Translations under genes and position numbers: made by a program
Notes under the pieces: model-generated
Database searches by the model: none
What the model was told of the DNA's origin: nothing
What the model saw: only the letters and a program-made list of their open reading frames with translations
DNA from: an uncultured Chloroflexia bacterium
Lineage (GTDB): Bacteria > Chloroflexota > Limnocylindria > Limnocylindrales > CSP1-4
Length of the DNA stretch: 64,000 nt
Reading direction: 5' to 3'
Assembly: GCA_963741915.1 (NCBI GenBank)
Contig: CAVUJW010000023.1
Coordinates: 310,968 to 374,967 of the forward strand
Shown here: positions 35,212-44,449 of the stretch, in pieces
Position numbering within the stretch: the stretch's first letter is position 1
Layout of the letters: every line of letters starts with the position of its first letter

Positions 35212-37242
35212 TCAGCCCGCCGGGACGGCCGAACGGGCGAGGAGTCGGGTCTGGTCGCGCCTGCGGTCGAGCGAGCGGCGCTGCTCGTTGAGCAGCCGTC
35301 GTTCGAGGGACAGGCGGTCGATGAGCTCGCGGTTCCCATCGCGCTCGGCCTCGGACATCGCGTCGCGGTTGAAGCCGCTCCGATCCTGCCACTCGGCGTC
35401 GTCGATCTCGAGCACCAGCCGCTCCATCTCGTACGCCAGCGCCCGATCGTCGAGATCCCGGGGATTGGGGCCCGGCCGTGAGACCAGGGCCTGACCGAGC
35501 GCCCGGCTCTCCTCGTCGAGCGTGTCGAAGATCGCCGACAGCGAGAACGGCGGCCGGACGCCGTGCTCGTCACGGCCCCGGGCGACGACCACGGCGCGGT
35601 ACAGCTCACGCGCGACCTGCGACGGCAGGCGGTCCGGACCCAGGCCGTCGAGGACCGTGTCGTGGGCCTCGGGCACGAGCAGGACGAGGCGGAGCAGCTC
35701 CTGCTCGGTGCGCGACACGCCGCGCAGGATCTCGGTCACGGGCAGCGCGTCGGGCGCGCTGGTGACGGCCTGCGCGCTGAACCGCTCGCGGCCGTCCCGG
35801 CCGTCGCCCCCGCCCCCGTCGGCCTCCCGGGTCCGGCGGCGGTGCATCGCCTCCAGCAACGTCCGCTCCTCCACGCCGCTCGCCTGGCGCACCCGGGCGA
35901 GGTACGCGTCGCGCATCACCGGGTTGGGCAGGTTGCGGATGATCGGCAGGACCGCGTCCACGAACCGGGCCTGGCCGCCGGGGGTGCGCAGGTCGTGCGC
36001 GCGCGCATGGACGTCGATCAGGTGGTCGACGATGGGCCGCGCCGTGCGGACCTCCTCGCGCCAGCGGTCAGGCTCGTCACGGAGCACCTCGTCGGGGTCC
36101 CTGCCTTCGGGCAGGCCGACGACCCGGACATCGTCCAGCTCGACGCCGGTGTCGTCGCGGGCCAGCTGGCGGATCACCTCCTCGAGGGCCGTGGCGCCGA
36201 ACGTGCCCGCCTTGGCCCCGGCCGGGTCGACGTCGTAGGCGAGGGCGATCCGCTTGGCATAGCGCGTGATCAGCGCGACCTGGTGCGGGGTGAGCGCGGT
36301 GCCCAGGCTCGCGACCACGTTGTCGAAGCCCGCCTGGTGCGCCATCAGCGCGTCGGTGTAGCCCTCGACGATCACCGCCTGCCCCGTCTTGCGGATCGCG
36401 GACTTGGCGCGGTCGATGAGGTACAGCGTCCGGCTCTTGTCGAACAGTGGGGTCGCCGGGGAGTTGAGGTACTTCGGCCCGTGGTCCCGGTCGTCGCCGG
36501 CGGGTCCCTCCATGCCCAGGATCCGGCCACCCAGGCCGACCGGGTGGCCGTTGGCATCGCGAATCGGGAAGATGACCCGCTCGCGGAACCGGTCGTACAC
36601 CCCGCCGCCTCGCTGGCGCGGGCTCGCCAGCCCGACCTCCACCAGCTCGCCGGGCGTCACCTGGCGCTTCGCCGCCAGCTGCCGGGTCATCTGGTCCCAG
36701 CCGCCGGGCGCCCAGCCCAGCTGGTGCTTCTCGATCGTGTCGTCCGTGAAGCCCCGGCCGCGCAGGTACGCCAGCGCCGGCTCGCCCGCCTTGGAGTGGA
36801 GCAGGACGGCGTGGTAGAAGGCGATGGATGCCTCCAGGACCTCGCGCAGCCGCGCGTTGCGTGCGTCCTCGCGCTTCGTCCGCTCGTCGATCTCGACCCC
36901 GGCCCGACCCGCGAGCGCGCGCAGCGCCTCGGGGAAGGACAGCCCGTCGCGCTCCATCAGGAACGTGAAGATGTCGCCGTGCTTGCCGCACCCGAAGCAG
37001 TGCCAGGTGTCGCGCGCCGGCGTGACGACGAAACTCGGGGTCTTCTCGCCGTGGAACGGGCACAGGCCCTTGAGGGTCGTGCCGGCCTTCTTCAGCTGGA
37101 CCGTCTCCCCCACCACGTCCGCGACGGGCAGCCGGCCCTTGATCTCGGCGACGACACCGACGGCCAAGCGGTGCTCCAGTCCGTGCTCCCGCCCTGGCGG
37201 CCCCCGGGACGCGGCCGGCGGATATGACTGCGGACCTGTCAA
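35212..37242 (-). CDS. dnaG: DNA primase DnaG
   Basis: 676-aa ORF. Zinc finger CPFHGEKTPSFVVTPARDTWHCFGCG and TOPRIM VIVEGYTDAL. The start may instead be TTG at about 37167 (GGAG 6 nt upstream). Confidence 0.9.
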   Translation of the reverse strand: MTGPQSYPPAASRGPPGREHGLEHRLAVGVVAEIKGRLPVADVVGETVQLKKAGTTLKGLCPFHGEKTPSFVVTPARDTWHCFGCGKHGDIFTFLMERDGLSFPEALRALAGRAGVEIDERTKREDARNARLREVLEASIAFYHAVLLHSKAGEPALAYLRGRGFTDDTIEKHQLGWAPGGWDQMTRQLAAKRQVTPGELVEVGLASPRQRGGGVYDRFRERVIFPIRDANGHPVGLGGRILGMEGPAGDDRDHGPKYLNSPATPLFDKSRTLYLIDRAKSAIRKTGQAVIVEGYTDALMAHQAGFDNVVASLGTALTPHQVALITRYAKRIALAYDVDPAGAKAGTFGATALEEVIRQLARDDTGVELDDVRVVGLPEGRDPDEVLRDEPDRWREEVRTARPIVDHLIDVHARAHDLRTPGGQARFVDAVLPIIRNLPNPVMRDAYLARVRQASGVEERTLLEAMHRRRTREADGGGGDGRDGRERFSAQAVTSAPDALPVTEILRGVSRTEQELLRLVLLVPEAHDTVLDGLGPDRLPSQVARELYRAVVVARGRDEHGVRPPFSLSAIFDTLDEESRALGQALVSRPGPNPRDLDDRALAYEMERLVLEIDDAEWQDRSGFNRDAMSEAERDGNRELIDRLSLERRLLNEQRRSLDRRRDQTRLLARSAVPAG

Positions 37243-37310
37243 GTCTTGACAGGTCGCCGGTTGCCGAGGTTACCCCCCGTCAGGGGGCTTGACAAGCGGT
37301 TCGTGTCAAG
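37233..37310. promoter_or_regulatory. two palindromes built on TTGACA/TGTCAA half-sites in the dnaG upstream/divergent region
   Basis: GACCTGTCAAG-T-CTTGACAGGTC (37233-37255, perfect 11-bp arms) and CTTGACA-N9-TGTCAAG (37288-37310), with a CCCCC-GTCA-GGGGG hairpin between them. Confidence 0.45.
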
Positions 37311-37357
37311 TGCCCCACCCCGGCCATGCATTGAGCCGGGCGGGGTATCGTCCGCGC

Positions 37358-37717
37358 ATGACCTGGCGGCAGCTCGGCGTTCGTGCACGCCTGTGGCGGG
37401 TGGGCCACGCCACGTGGTCCGTAGCGCAGCTGGCCTGCCTGGGCTACATCTGGGCGTGCGCGCTGACCCGCCGCCGCGACCGGCGCCTATGGGCGGCCAT
37501 CGCGTTCCTGCTGGCCGAGGGCGCCGGGCTGGTCATCGGGCGCGGCAACTGCCCGATGGGCGGGATCCAGGAGCAGTGGGGCGACCCGGTCCCCTTCTTC
37601 GAGCTCGTGCTGCCGCCCAGAGCCGCCAAGGCGGCGGTCCCGGCGCTCGCCGTCGTGAGCGTCGCGGGGATCGCGGCGGTCGTGCTTCGGCGCCCCGGTC
37701 TCGTCCGCCACGCCTGA
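37358..37717 (+). CDS. small membrane protein, unknown function
   Basis: ATG 37358 inside track ORF 37289..37717. MTWRQLGVRARLWRVGHATWSVAQLACLGYIWACAL..., 3-4 TM stretches. Confidence 0.5.
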   Translation: MTWRQLGVRARLWRVGHATWSVAQLACLGYIWACALTRRRDRRLWAAIAFLLAEGAGLVIGRGNCPMGGIQEQWGDPVPFFELVLPPRAAKAAVPALAVVSVAGIAAVVLRRPGLVRHA

Positions 37718-37768
37718 CCACGCCAGGCGTGCCGGCAGGGGCATCCGGGTCCCTCGCCGGCGCTGGTC

Positions 37769-38062
37769 TCAGCGCCCCGTGAATCGCTCGAGGAAGGTGC
37801 GGTCGCTCCCCGGCGGGAGCAGCTGGGCGGCATCGACCTCGGCCTCGTAGCCGGCGGCTTCGACCGCCGCCGCGAGCACCGCGTTCGACACGCGCCCGGG
37901 GTCGCGACGAACGGTTGCCGTCTCGTGACGGAGGTCGACGCTCACCCTGGCGACGCCGTCGAGCCGCTCCACCGCCCGCACGATCCGGTTGACGCACGAG
38001 CCGCAGGTCATGCCCCGGACGGGAAACCGGACGATCTCGCCCGTCGGGGCCGCGCCGGTCAC
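37769..38062 (-). CDS. heavy-metal-associated (HMA) domain protein, CopZ-like
   Basis: GTG 38062 (GTGA overlap with the upstream stop). VRFPVRGMTCGSCVNRIVRAVERLDGV carries the MxCxxC motif. It is embedded in the spurious 441-aa track ORF 37769..39094. Confidence 0.75.
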   Translation of the reverse strand: MTGAAPTGEIVRFPVRGMTCGSCVNRIVRAVERLDGVARVSVDLRHETATVRRDPGRVSNAVLAAAVEAAGYEAEVDAAQLLPPGSDRTFLERFTGR

Positions 38063-38913
38063 ATCGACACCATCAGGCCGAAGCTCATCACGATCACCGC
38101 GAGCGCGATGCCGGCCTTGATCCACGGCGAGTTGGCCCGGTTCCAGCGGCCGATCTGGCCCAGCACCCGCCGGTTGCTGACCGCGAGCAGCAGGGCGAGC
38201 AGGGGCACGATGAACGCGATGTTGTACAGCGCGAGGAGGGCGAAGCCGGTCGCCCCGCCACCGGATGCGTGGAGCACTGCCGTGATCTGGAGGTACATCG
38301 CGCCCGAGCACGGGACCGTGCAGATGCCGACGAGGACCCCCGCGATCAGCATCCCGGCCAGGCCACCGCGCTCCATCGCCCGCTGCATCCGCCCGTGCGT
38401 GCCGCCGGGCGCCATCATCGACGGCCCGACGCCCGGCAGGAACACGTCCTTGAGCATCCACAGCGCCATGACCAGCGCGAGGATCGAGGCGAAGCGGGCA
38501 ACCAGGTGGTCGCGGCCCATCCAGCCCAGGAAGCTGAGCAGCCCCAGGCCGATGATGAAGTAGGTCACGAACACCGCCCCGACGTACAGCGACCCCGCGC
38601 CCAGCAGCCGGCGCCGCGCATCGAGCGTGGGGGCCCCGGTCGCTGTCAGCGCGTTGACCAGGGTCAGGGTGTAGGTGGCGAACAGGACGAGCAGCGCGAA
38701 CGCGCACGGGTTGAACCCGTCGGCGACGCCCGCCGCGAGGACCGCCGGAATGGTGAGCCCGCCGAACGCCGCGGCGTCGAACGGCACGGCCAGGACCCAG
38801 GCCGAGGCGACGATCCCGACCGAGGCCAGCAGCGCGGCCAGCATGACGGCGGGCAGCGGCCAGCCGAGGACGAGCGTGTGGGCCGCTAGGCGGCCCTCCG
38901 GCGCGGTGGTCAT
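38059..38913 (-). CDS. cytochrome c biogenesis CcdA/DsbD-like transmembrane thiol-disulfide electron transfer protein
   Basis: 284-aa polytopic ORF with DGFNPCAFALL and ICTVPCSGAMY (conserved Cys in TM segments). Confidence 0.75.
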   Translation of the reverse strand: MTTAPEGRLAAHTLVLGWPLPAVMLAALLASVGIVASAWVLAVPFDAAAFGGLTIPAVLAAGVADGFNPCAFALLVLFATYTLTLVNALTATGAPTLDARRRLLGAGSLYVGAVFVTYFIIGLGLLSFLGWMGRDHLVARFASILALVMALWMLKDVFLPGVGPSMMAPGGTHGRMQRAMERGGLAGMLIAGVLVGICTVPCSGAMYLQITAVLHASGGGATGFALLALYNIAFIVPLLALLLAVSNRRVLGQIGRWNRANSPWIKAGIALAVIVMSFGLMVSM

Positions 38914-39476
38914 CCGACTGTCGGCGAGGTGACGGAGGCCGATGCCGGCTCGACGACGATCCGGCCGTGCATCGTCGGGCTGTCCTTGCCGCCGCAGCAG
39001 GTGTCGCAGTAGACGTCGTACGTGCCGGGCCTGTTGGGCACGGTCCAGGTGACCGTCCGGCTGCTCTCGGCGGGCAGCGTCTCGTACAAATCAAGATCGG
39101 GCGCGATCATCGTGTGCACCCCGCCCTGGAGATGCATCGAGGCGTCCTGCGTCCACCAGTTGAGGGTCACCGTCGCGCCCGCCGTGACGTGGATGTCCGA
39201 GGGGGTGAAGCCCGCCATCGAGCTCTGGACGTCGATGACGCCCGACCCCGCCCCATCGTTCGGGCGGTCGAGGAAGTCGCCGAAGGCGAGGAAGCCGCCG
39301 ATGCCGAGCACCGCCACCACGATCCCGCCGAAGGCGACCTTGCGCAGGCGCTCCTTCCGCGCCGAGTGGGCCCGCTCCAGCTCGCGCGCCCGACGTCGCT
39401 CGGCCGCGGTCTCGCGGGCCAGCTCGCGCTCCCGCTCACGCTGCGCGCGCTGGGCGATGGACTCCTGGTTGCTCAT
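38910..39476 (-). CDS. membrane-anchored cupredoxin-fold domain protein
   Basis: ATG 39476 preceded by GGGAGG. Charged N-terminus, one TM segment, then IHVTAGATVTLNW...GTYDVYCDTCCGGKDSPTMHGRIVV (Cys/His/Met cluster at the C-terminus). Confidence 0.65.
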   Translation of the reverse strand: MSNQESIAQRAQRERERELARETAAERRRARELERAHSARKERLRKVAFGGIVVAVLGIGGFLAFGDFLDRPNDGAGSGVIDVQSSMAGFTPSDIHVTAGATVTLNWWTQDASMHLQGGVHTMIAPDLDLYETLPAESSRTVTWTVPNRPGTYDVYCDTCCGGKDSPTMHGRIVVEPASASVTSPTVG

Positions 39477-39871
39477 TGCGGCCTCCCTGCCCGGGGACGG
39501 ATGGTCGATGGCGTGTTGGGTGCGGCGCTCGCGGCCGCATGTCCGGCGATCGGCGGCCGGGGGGACGCGCCCGGCTCCGGTCAACTCGAGGGTGGACGCG
39601 GTGGGCCCGGAGGCCAATGCAGGAATGCCCAAGCCTTGGTCAAGACTTGATCAAGACGGGCCTCCGCTCGATCCCCCTCGAAGGGCGGCGGCGTCGGACC
39701 GGGATGCCAGGCGATCCGCCGGCTTGACGGAGTCTTGAGCAAGCCCTGACGACCGCTTCATCGACCCAGCGGCGGGCGGCTCGATGATGGCCCTGCCCGC
39801 AGCGACCGGTGTGCGGCCCGGTCGGGCGACGGGGGACGCACGCATTGGCCGCTCAACAGGAGCTCGATGCC

Positions 39872-40468
39872 ATGGCGGTGACCAGCGCAAGGTTGAGGCG
39901 CACGGAGAGAGCGCCCGGCCGGCTGCAGACCGTCGTCGTCATCGCCGTGACGATGGTCCTGATCGGCGGCCTCTCGTGGGTCGTCACCGACGGCTTCGAC
40001 GATGGCGTCACCGGCATCTCGGTCGACGGCAACCTGGCGGTCGACCCACCGACGGTCGGCCAGCCCCCGGCGGCCTTCGCGGGCCCCGGCTATGACGGGA
40101 CGCCGATCTCGCTCGCCGACTTTGCCGGCAGACCGCTGTGGCTCAACTTCGGGGCCTCATGGTGCCAGGACTGCCGCACGGAGGCCGCGGATCTCGAGGC
40201 CGTCTACCAGGCGCACGAGGACCAGGGCCTGGCGGTGCTCGGCGTGTTCATCAACGATCCGCCGGGCGACATCGCCGCCTACGTCGGGCGAGCCGGCCTC
40301 ACCTTCCCCATCGTGGCCGACCAGAGCACCCGGATCGCCGGAACCTACCGGATCGTCGGCATTCCGACGCACATCTTCATCGGCCGGGACGGGCGCATCC
40401 GGGAGATCCGGATCGGGGCCCTCTCGAGGGCCGAGATGGAGAAGTCGGTCGAGGCCCTGCTGCGCTGA
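39872..40468 (+). CDS. TlpA/ResA-family thiol-disulfide oxidoreductase (thioredoxin fold), membrane anchored
   Basis: ATG 39872 preceded by AGGAG. One TM segment, then LWLNFGASWCQDCRTEAADLEAVY (WCxxC active site). Confidence 0.8.
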   Translation: MAVTSARLRRTERAPGRLQTVVVIAVTMVLIGGLSWVVTDGFDDGVTGISVDGNLAVDPPTVGQPPAAFAGPGYDGTPISLADFAGRPLWLNFGASWCQDCRTEAADLEAVYQAHEDQGLAVLGVFINDPPGDIAAYVGRAGLTFPIVADQSTRIAGTYRIVGIPTHIFIGRDGRIREIRIGALSRAEMEKSVEALLR

Positions 40469-40564
40469 GGCCGCCGTGGACCGCCGGCCCACCGCCGACG
40501 GTCGGCCCCCCGCAGGGCGGCGAGGTCGCCGGCGCTGGCGCCGGCCGCCAGCCCACGTACCCGT

Positions 40565-41182
40565 TCAGCCGCCCAACAGCTGCCGCCGCAGCGACGTGGC
40601 GAGCCAGGCCTCGAACGCCGCCGGCGACCAGCCGTGGCTGCCGACCAGCACGGCATACACGTCGGGCAGGCTCAGGGCATCGAGGATCGCGCTCGCGTGC
40701 GCGGCGTCGACTCCGGGCGCCAGCCGACCCTCGAGGACGGCGGCCAAGCCGGCCAGGCCGCCGCGACGGCGTGCGAACACACCCTCGGTCTCGCGGCGAA
40801 GCACGGGATCGGTCGAGCCGGCCTGGCGGTCCACCATCACGAGGTCGCTGCCCGCTTCCCAGCGGACCCGGATCGAGCGTGCGAACAGGTCGAGCGCCGT
40901 GCCGGCGTCGGGCGCCGACGCCGCCTGCTGGTACAGCCCCTCGGCCTCGGGCTGATGGACGATCGCGTCGCGCAGCTCGCGCAGGATGCCGGCCTTGGAG
41001 CGGTAGACGGCGTAGACGGTCTGGACCGCGACCCCCGCCTCGTCCGCGATCGCCTGGAGCGTGGTCGCCCCGTAGCCCTCACGAACGAACAGCTGGCGGG
41101 CCGCCTCGGCGATCCGTCGCCGGGTGACCGCGGCCCGCTCGGCCCGCAGCGTGGGCTTCGACCGGTTGACATCTGGCGCCAT
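40565..41182 (-). CDS. TetR/AcrR family transcriptional regulator
   Basis: 205-aa ORF with HTH ARQLFVREGYGATTLQAIADEAGVAVQTVYAVYRSK. Confidence 0.85.
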   Translation of the reverse strand: MAPDVNRSKPTLRAERAAVTRRRIAEAARQLFVREGYGATTLQAIADEAGVAVQTVYAVYRSKAGILRELRDAIVHQPEAEGLYQQAASAPDAGTALDLFARSIRVRWEAGSDLVMVDRQAGSTDPVLRRETEGVFARRRGGLAGLAAVLEGRLAPGVDAAHASAILDALSLPDVYAVLVGSHGWSPAAFEAWLATSLRRQLLGG

Positions 41183-41183
41183 G

Positions 41184-41227
41184 TCGATATAGTACTGCTC
41201 TACTCAAATAGAGTGTGGCTCTATCGA
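41184..41227. promoter_or_regulatory. AT-richer divergent promoter region with inverted repeat TCGATA...TATCGA and internal CTCTA-N6-TAGAG (candidate TetR operator)
   Basis: Read directly. It fills most of the 61-nt gap between the tetR and monooxygenase genes. Confidence 0.4.
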
Positions 41228-41243
41228 ACGAGGATGGCCCGGG

Positions 41244-42344
41244 ATGGACCTCGAACGGCACGACGTGATCGTGGTGGGTGGCGGGCAGGCCGGCCTCGCC
41301 GCCTCGCACCACCTGGCCCGGCGCGACGTCGAGCACGTGGTGCTCGAAGCGGGCCCGCGGGCCGGCGACGCCTGGCGCGCCCGGTGGGACTCGCTGCGCC
41401 TGTTCACGCCGGCGATGATCGACGGGCTGCCCGGCACCCCGTTCCCGGGCGACCCGGGCGCGCTGCCGACCAGGGATCAGATGGCCGACTACCTGGACGC
41501 CTACGCCACGAGCGAGCGGCTGCCGGTCCGGTTCGGCGTCCGGGTGGACCGGCTGGCTCGCGAGGGCGACGGCTTCCGGCTCTCGGCCGGCGGTCGGACG
41601 TTCACGGCTCCCGAGGTCGTCGTCGCGACGGGCTTCCTGTCCGTGCCCCACGTGCCCTCGTTCGCGGCAGACCTCGACCCGGCGATTGAGCAGCTCCACT
41701 CGGGCACGTACCGGAACCCGTCGTCGCTGCCGGGCGACCGGGTGCTGCTCGTGGGTGCCGGCAACTCCGGCGTCGAGATCGGGCTCGAGCTCGGCAGGGC
41801 GGGCCGGCGGACCGTGCTTGCCGGCCACAGCAGCTTCCTGCCGCGGATCGCCCAGGTCCGCGACGGGCGCGTGTTCTTCGCGTTCGCCCGCCGCGCGCTC
41901 ACCCTCGACACGCCGATCGGCCGGCGGATGCACGCGAGAATCGGCGAGCACGGGGCGGCGCCCGTCGTCCGCGTCCGTCCCGCCGACCTGGCGCGTGCCG
42001 GGGTGGAGCGCGTCGCCCGGGTCGCGGGGGTCCGCGATGGCCGGCCGGTCCTCGCCGACGGCCGCGTCGTCGACGTCGACACGGTCGTCTGGTGCACCGG
42101 GTTCCGCCCCGCGTTCGACTGGATCCGGCTGCCCGTGATCGCCGCATCGGGCCTGCCGCGCCACGTCCGGGGCAGCGTGCCCGACGCGCCCGGCCTGTCG
42201 TTCGTGGGCCTGCCGTTCCAGACCGGCTTCCTGTCCCCGCTGGTGGGCGGCGTGGGGGCCGACGCGGACGAGGTCGTGGGGGCGGTCGCCCGGCGCCTGG
42301 GAGCGGTGGATCGAGGCGCGGGACGGCCGGCACGAGCCGCCTGA
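41244..42344 (+). CDS. NAD(P)/FAD-dependent oxidoreductase, flavin-containing monooxygenase-like
   Basis: 366-aa ORF with dinucleotide motifs VVGGGQAGL and LVGAGNSGVEIG. Confidence 0.8.
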   Translation: MDLERHDVIVVGGGQAGLAASHHLARRDVEHVVLEAGPRAGDAWRARWDSLRLFTPAMIDGLPGTPFPGDPGALPTRDQMADYLDAYATSERLPVRFGVRVDRLAREGDGFRLSAGGRTFTAPEVVVATGFLSVPHVPSFAADLDPAIEQLHSGTYRNPSSLPGDRVLLVGAGNSGVEIGLELGRAGRRTVLAGHSSFLPRIAQVRDGRVFFAFARRALTLDTPIGRRMHARIGEHGAAPVVRVRPADLARAGVERVARVAGVRDGRPVLADGRVVDVDTVVWCTGFRPAFDWIRLPVIAASGLPRHVRGSVPDAPGLSFVGLPFQTGFLSPLVGGVGADADEVVGAVARRLGAVDRGAGRPARAA

Positions 42345-42352
42345 CCCGAGCC

Positions 42353-43009
42353 TCAACCAACGAGCGTGATCGTCCCCGCCATCCCGGCCTCGTAGTGGCC
42401 GTCGGCGTGGCAGGCGAACGCGTACGGGCCGCTGCCGTCGAAGGTGTAGGTGACCGACTTCGTCTGCATCATCCCGATGTCGGCGACCTCGGGCGTCCCC
42501 TCCTCGTCCGCGGCAACCGCATCCGCCGGCCCGACCATGAACTCGTGGACCAGCGGCCCCATGGTCGTGACCACGAACATGACGGTCTCGCCGCGCTGCA
42601 CGACGATCGTCGACGGCGTGAACCGGTAGCCGGGCCCGGCGATCACGCTGATCGCGCGCGGCGAGTCCGTCGTGCCGGGGACGAAGCCCTGGTCGCCGGG
42701 CTGGAGGCCGGCGTCAACGCCACCGGGGCCGTAACCGCCCATCATGCCGCCGTTGCCATAGCCGTAGCCGTAGCCGCCCATCATGCCGGGGCCATATCCG
42801 GGGGTCCCATTGCCCGCACGCATCATCGAGCCCGGACCGTTCCAACCGCCACCGACCAGGGTCGCGGTCAGCGCGGCGGTCGCCACCACGAGGGCGGCCA
42901 CGCCGACCAGGAGCAGCACCCAGCCGGGCACGCCGGTCCGCGCCGCGGGGGTCGGTGCCGGAGTGACCGGCGGGTTCGTCGTCTCGATCATCGTGATCTC
43001 CTGCGACAT
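42353..43009 (-). CDS. membrane-anchored cupredoxin (type-1 copper-like) protein with a Gly/Met/Tyr-rich linker
   Basis: 218-aa ORF. One TM segment, GMMGGYGYGYGNGGMMGGYGPGG, then FTPSTIVVQRGETVMFVV...HEF...FACHADGHYEAGMAGTITL (His, Cys, His, Met ligand pattern). Confidence 0.7.
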   Translation of the reverse strand: MSQEITMIETTNPPVTPAPTPAARTGVPGWVLLLVGVAALVVATAALTATLVGGGWNGPGSMMRAGNGTPGYGPGMMGGYGYGYGNGGMMGGYGPGGVDAGLQPGDQGFVPGTTDSPRAISVIAGPGYRFTPSTIVVQRGETVMFVVTTMGPLVHEFMVGPADAVAADEEGTPEVADIGMMQTKSVTYTFDGSGPYAFACHADGHYEAGMAGTITLVG

Positions 43010-43012
43010 GAC

Positions 43013-43219
43013 TTACGGCTCCAACAGGCGCCGCGCCTGTTCGAACTCTTCGGGGCTGATCTCCCCCCGCGCGAGCCGCGCCCTCAGGATCTCGAGCGGC
43101 TCGTCGCGGAGGGAGGGGGACGGCTGGCGCACGAGCAGGACGACCACGAACAAGATCACGAGCGCCCAGGCGGCCATCCAGAGCCAGCCGTCGAGCCCCA
43201 TCGTCCATCCGTCCATCAC
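43013..43219 (-). CDS. SHOCT-domain membrane protein
   Basis: 68-aa ORF with one TM segment followed by LEILRARLARGEISPEEFEQARRLL. Confidence 0.7.
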   Translation of the reverse strand: MMDGWTMGLDGWLWMAAWALVILFVVVLLVRQPSPSLRDEPLEILRARLARGEISPEEFEQARRLLEP

Positions 43220-43342
43220 GGTCGCGGTCTCCTGACGGAGCCGGGTCCAGCCCGGCCTCGAAACGATCGTGCGGGCGGGAGGTCAGGCGCGCATCGAGTG
43301 GTCCGCAAGGAACCCTCAAGATTCCGTCAAGGCAGCCGGCGC

Positions 43343-44449
43343 TCAGGCACGCGCCGGCGAGCCGGCCGGTAGCTCAACGAGGAACGTCGCTCCCCGCCCG
43401 GGTCCCGCGCTCTCCGCCCACACCCGGCCACCCATCGCGTCGGCGAGCGCCCGGACGATCGCGAGCCCGATGCCGCTGCCGCCGGCAGCCCGGCTGCGCG
43501 CAGGATCGACGCGGTAGAAGCGTTCGAACACCGCCTCGAGCTGATCGGCCGCGAGCCCCGGACCGTGGTCGGTGACCGTCGCGCGGACACGGCCCGCCAA
43601 GACCGACGTCGATACCTGGACGGGAGAGCCGTCCGGCGCATGGCGGATGGCGTTGGACAGGAAGTTCGAGATGATCTGCGCGACCCGGTCGCGGTCGGCC
43701 ATGGCGATCGCAGGCCGGGCGCTGACATCGAGCCGGATCGCGCGATCGGCCGCCTGGGGCGCGAAGCGCTCGACCACCTCGGCGGCAACCTCGGCGAGGT
43801 CGACCGGGGCGCTCCGCAGCGGCAGCTGGCGGGCTTCCGCCCGCCACAGCTCGGACAGGTCGGTCACGAGACGCGTGAGACGTCCGGTCTCGGTGCGCAG
43901 CAGGCGCCAGGTCGCGGGAGCCGGCTCGATGACGCCATCCTCGAGGCCCTCGAGGTAGCCGTCGAGCGTCGTGAGCGGCGTTCTCAGCTCGTGCGCGACG
44001 TCGCCCACCAGCTGCAGCCTCCGGCGCTCGGTGGCCTCGAGCGAGCCCGCCATCTCGTTGAATGTCTGGGCCAGGTCCCCGAGCTCGCCGGGCTCGTCGA
44101 TCGGCACGCGTTCCGCGTAGTGCCCGCGGGCGATGCGCCGCGCCGCCGTCGCGAGGGTGGTCATCGGTCGCGCGAGCCTGGCCGCAACGGCCAGGCTCAC
44201 GACGGTTGCCGTGATGACCGCGATCACGGTCGCCGCCAGCAGTGCCTGGCGCATCGCGTCCTCGAACGCGACCTGGGTCGCATCGGCCATCATCTGGCCC
44301 ATCGGGTCGCCGGGCAGGTGGCCCATCGCCTGGGCGAAGTAGCCGGGCCCGACCAGGAGCACGGCGACGCCGACCGTGCCGAGGGCCGCGGCCGCGACGA
44401 CGAGGAAGGCGGCCAGCAGCCGGGCGCGCAGCGAGCGGGGCAGCATCAC
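43343..44449 (-). CDS. sensor histidine kinase (HAMP-HisKA-HATPase)
   Basis: 368-aa ORF with two TM segments, H-box VAHELRTPLTTL, and G-boxes at the C-terminus. Confidence 0.88.
   Translation of the reverse strand: MMLPRSLRARLLAAFLVVAAAALGTVGVAVLLVGPGYFAQAMGHLPGDPMGQMMADATQVAFEDAMRQALLAATVIAVITATVVSLAVAARLARPMTTLATAARRIARGHYAERVPIDEPGELGDLAQTFNEMAGSLEATERRRLQLVGDVAHELRTPLTTLDGYLEGLEDGVIEPAPATWRLLRTETGRLTRLVTDLSELWRAEARQLPLRSAPVDLAEVAAEVVERFAPQAADRAIRLDVSARPAIAMADRDRVAQIISNFLSNAIRHAPDGSPVQVSTSVLAGRVRATVTDHGPGLAADQLEAVFERFYRVDPARSRAAGGSGIGLAIVRALADAMGGRVWAESAGPGRGATFLVELPAGSPARA

Noticed and set aside
37769-39094. 441-aa minus-strand ORF
   Set aside because: Only its last 97 codons (the HMA protein from GTG 38062) make sense. 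The rest is an out-of-frame overlap of the CcdA-like and cupredoxin genes.
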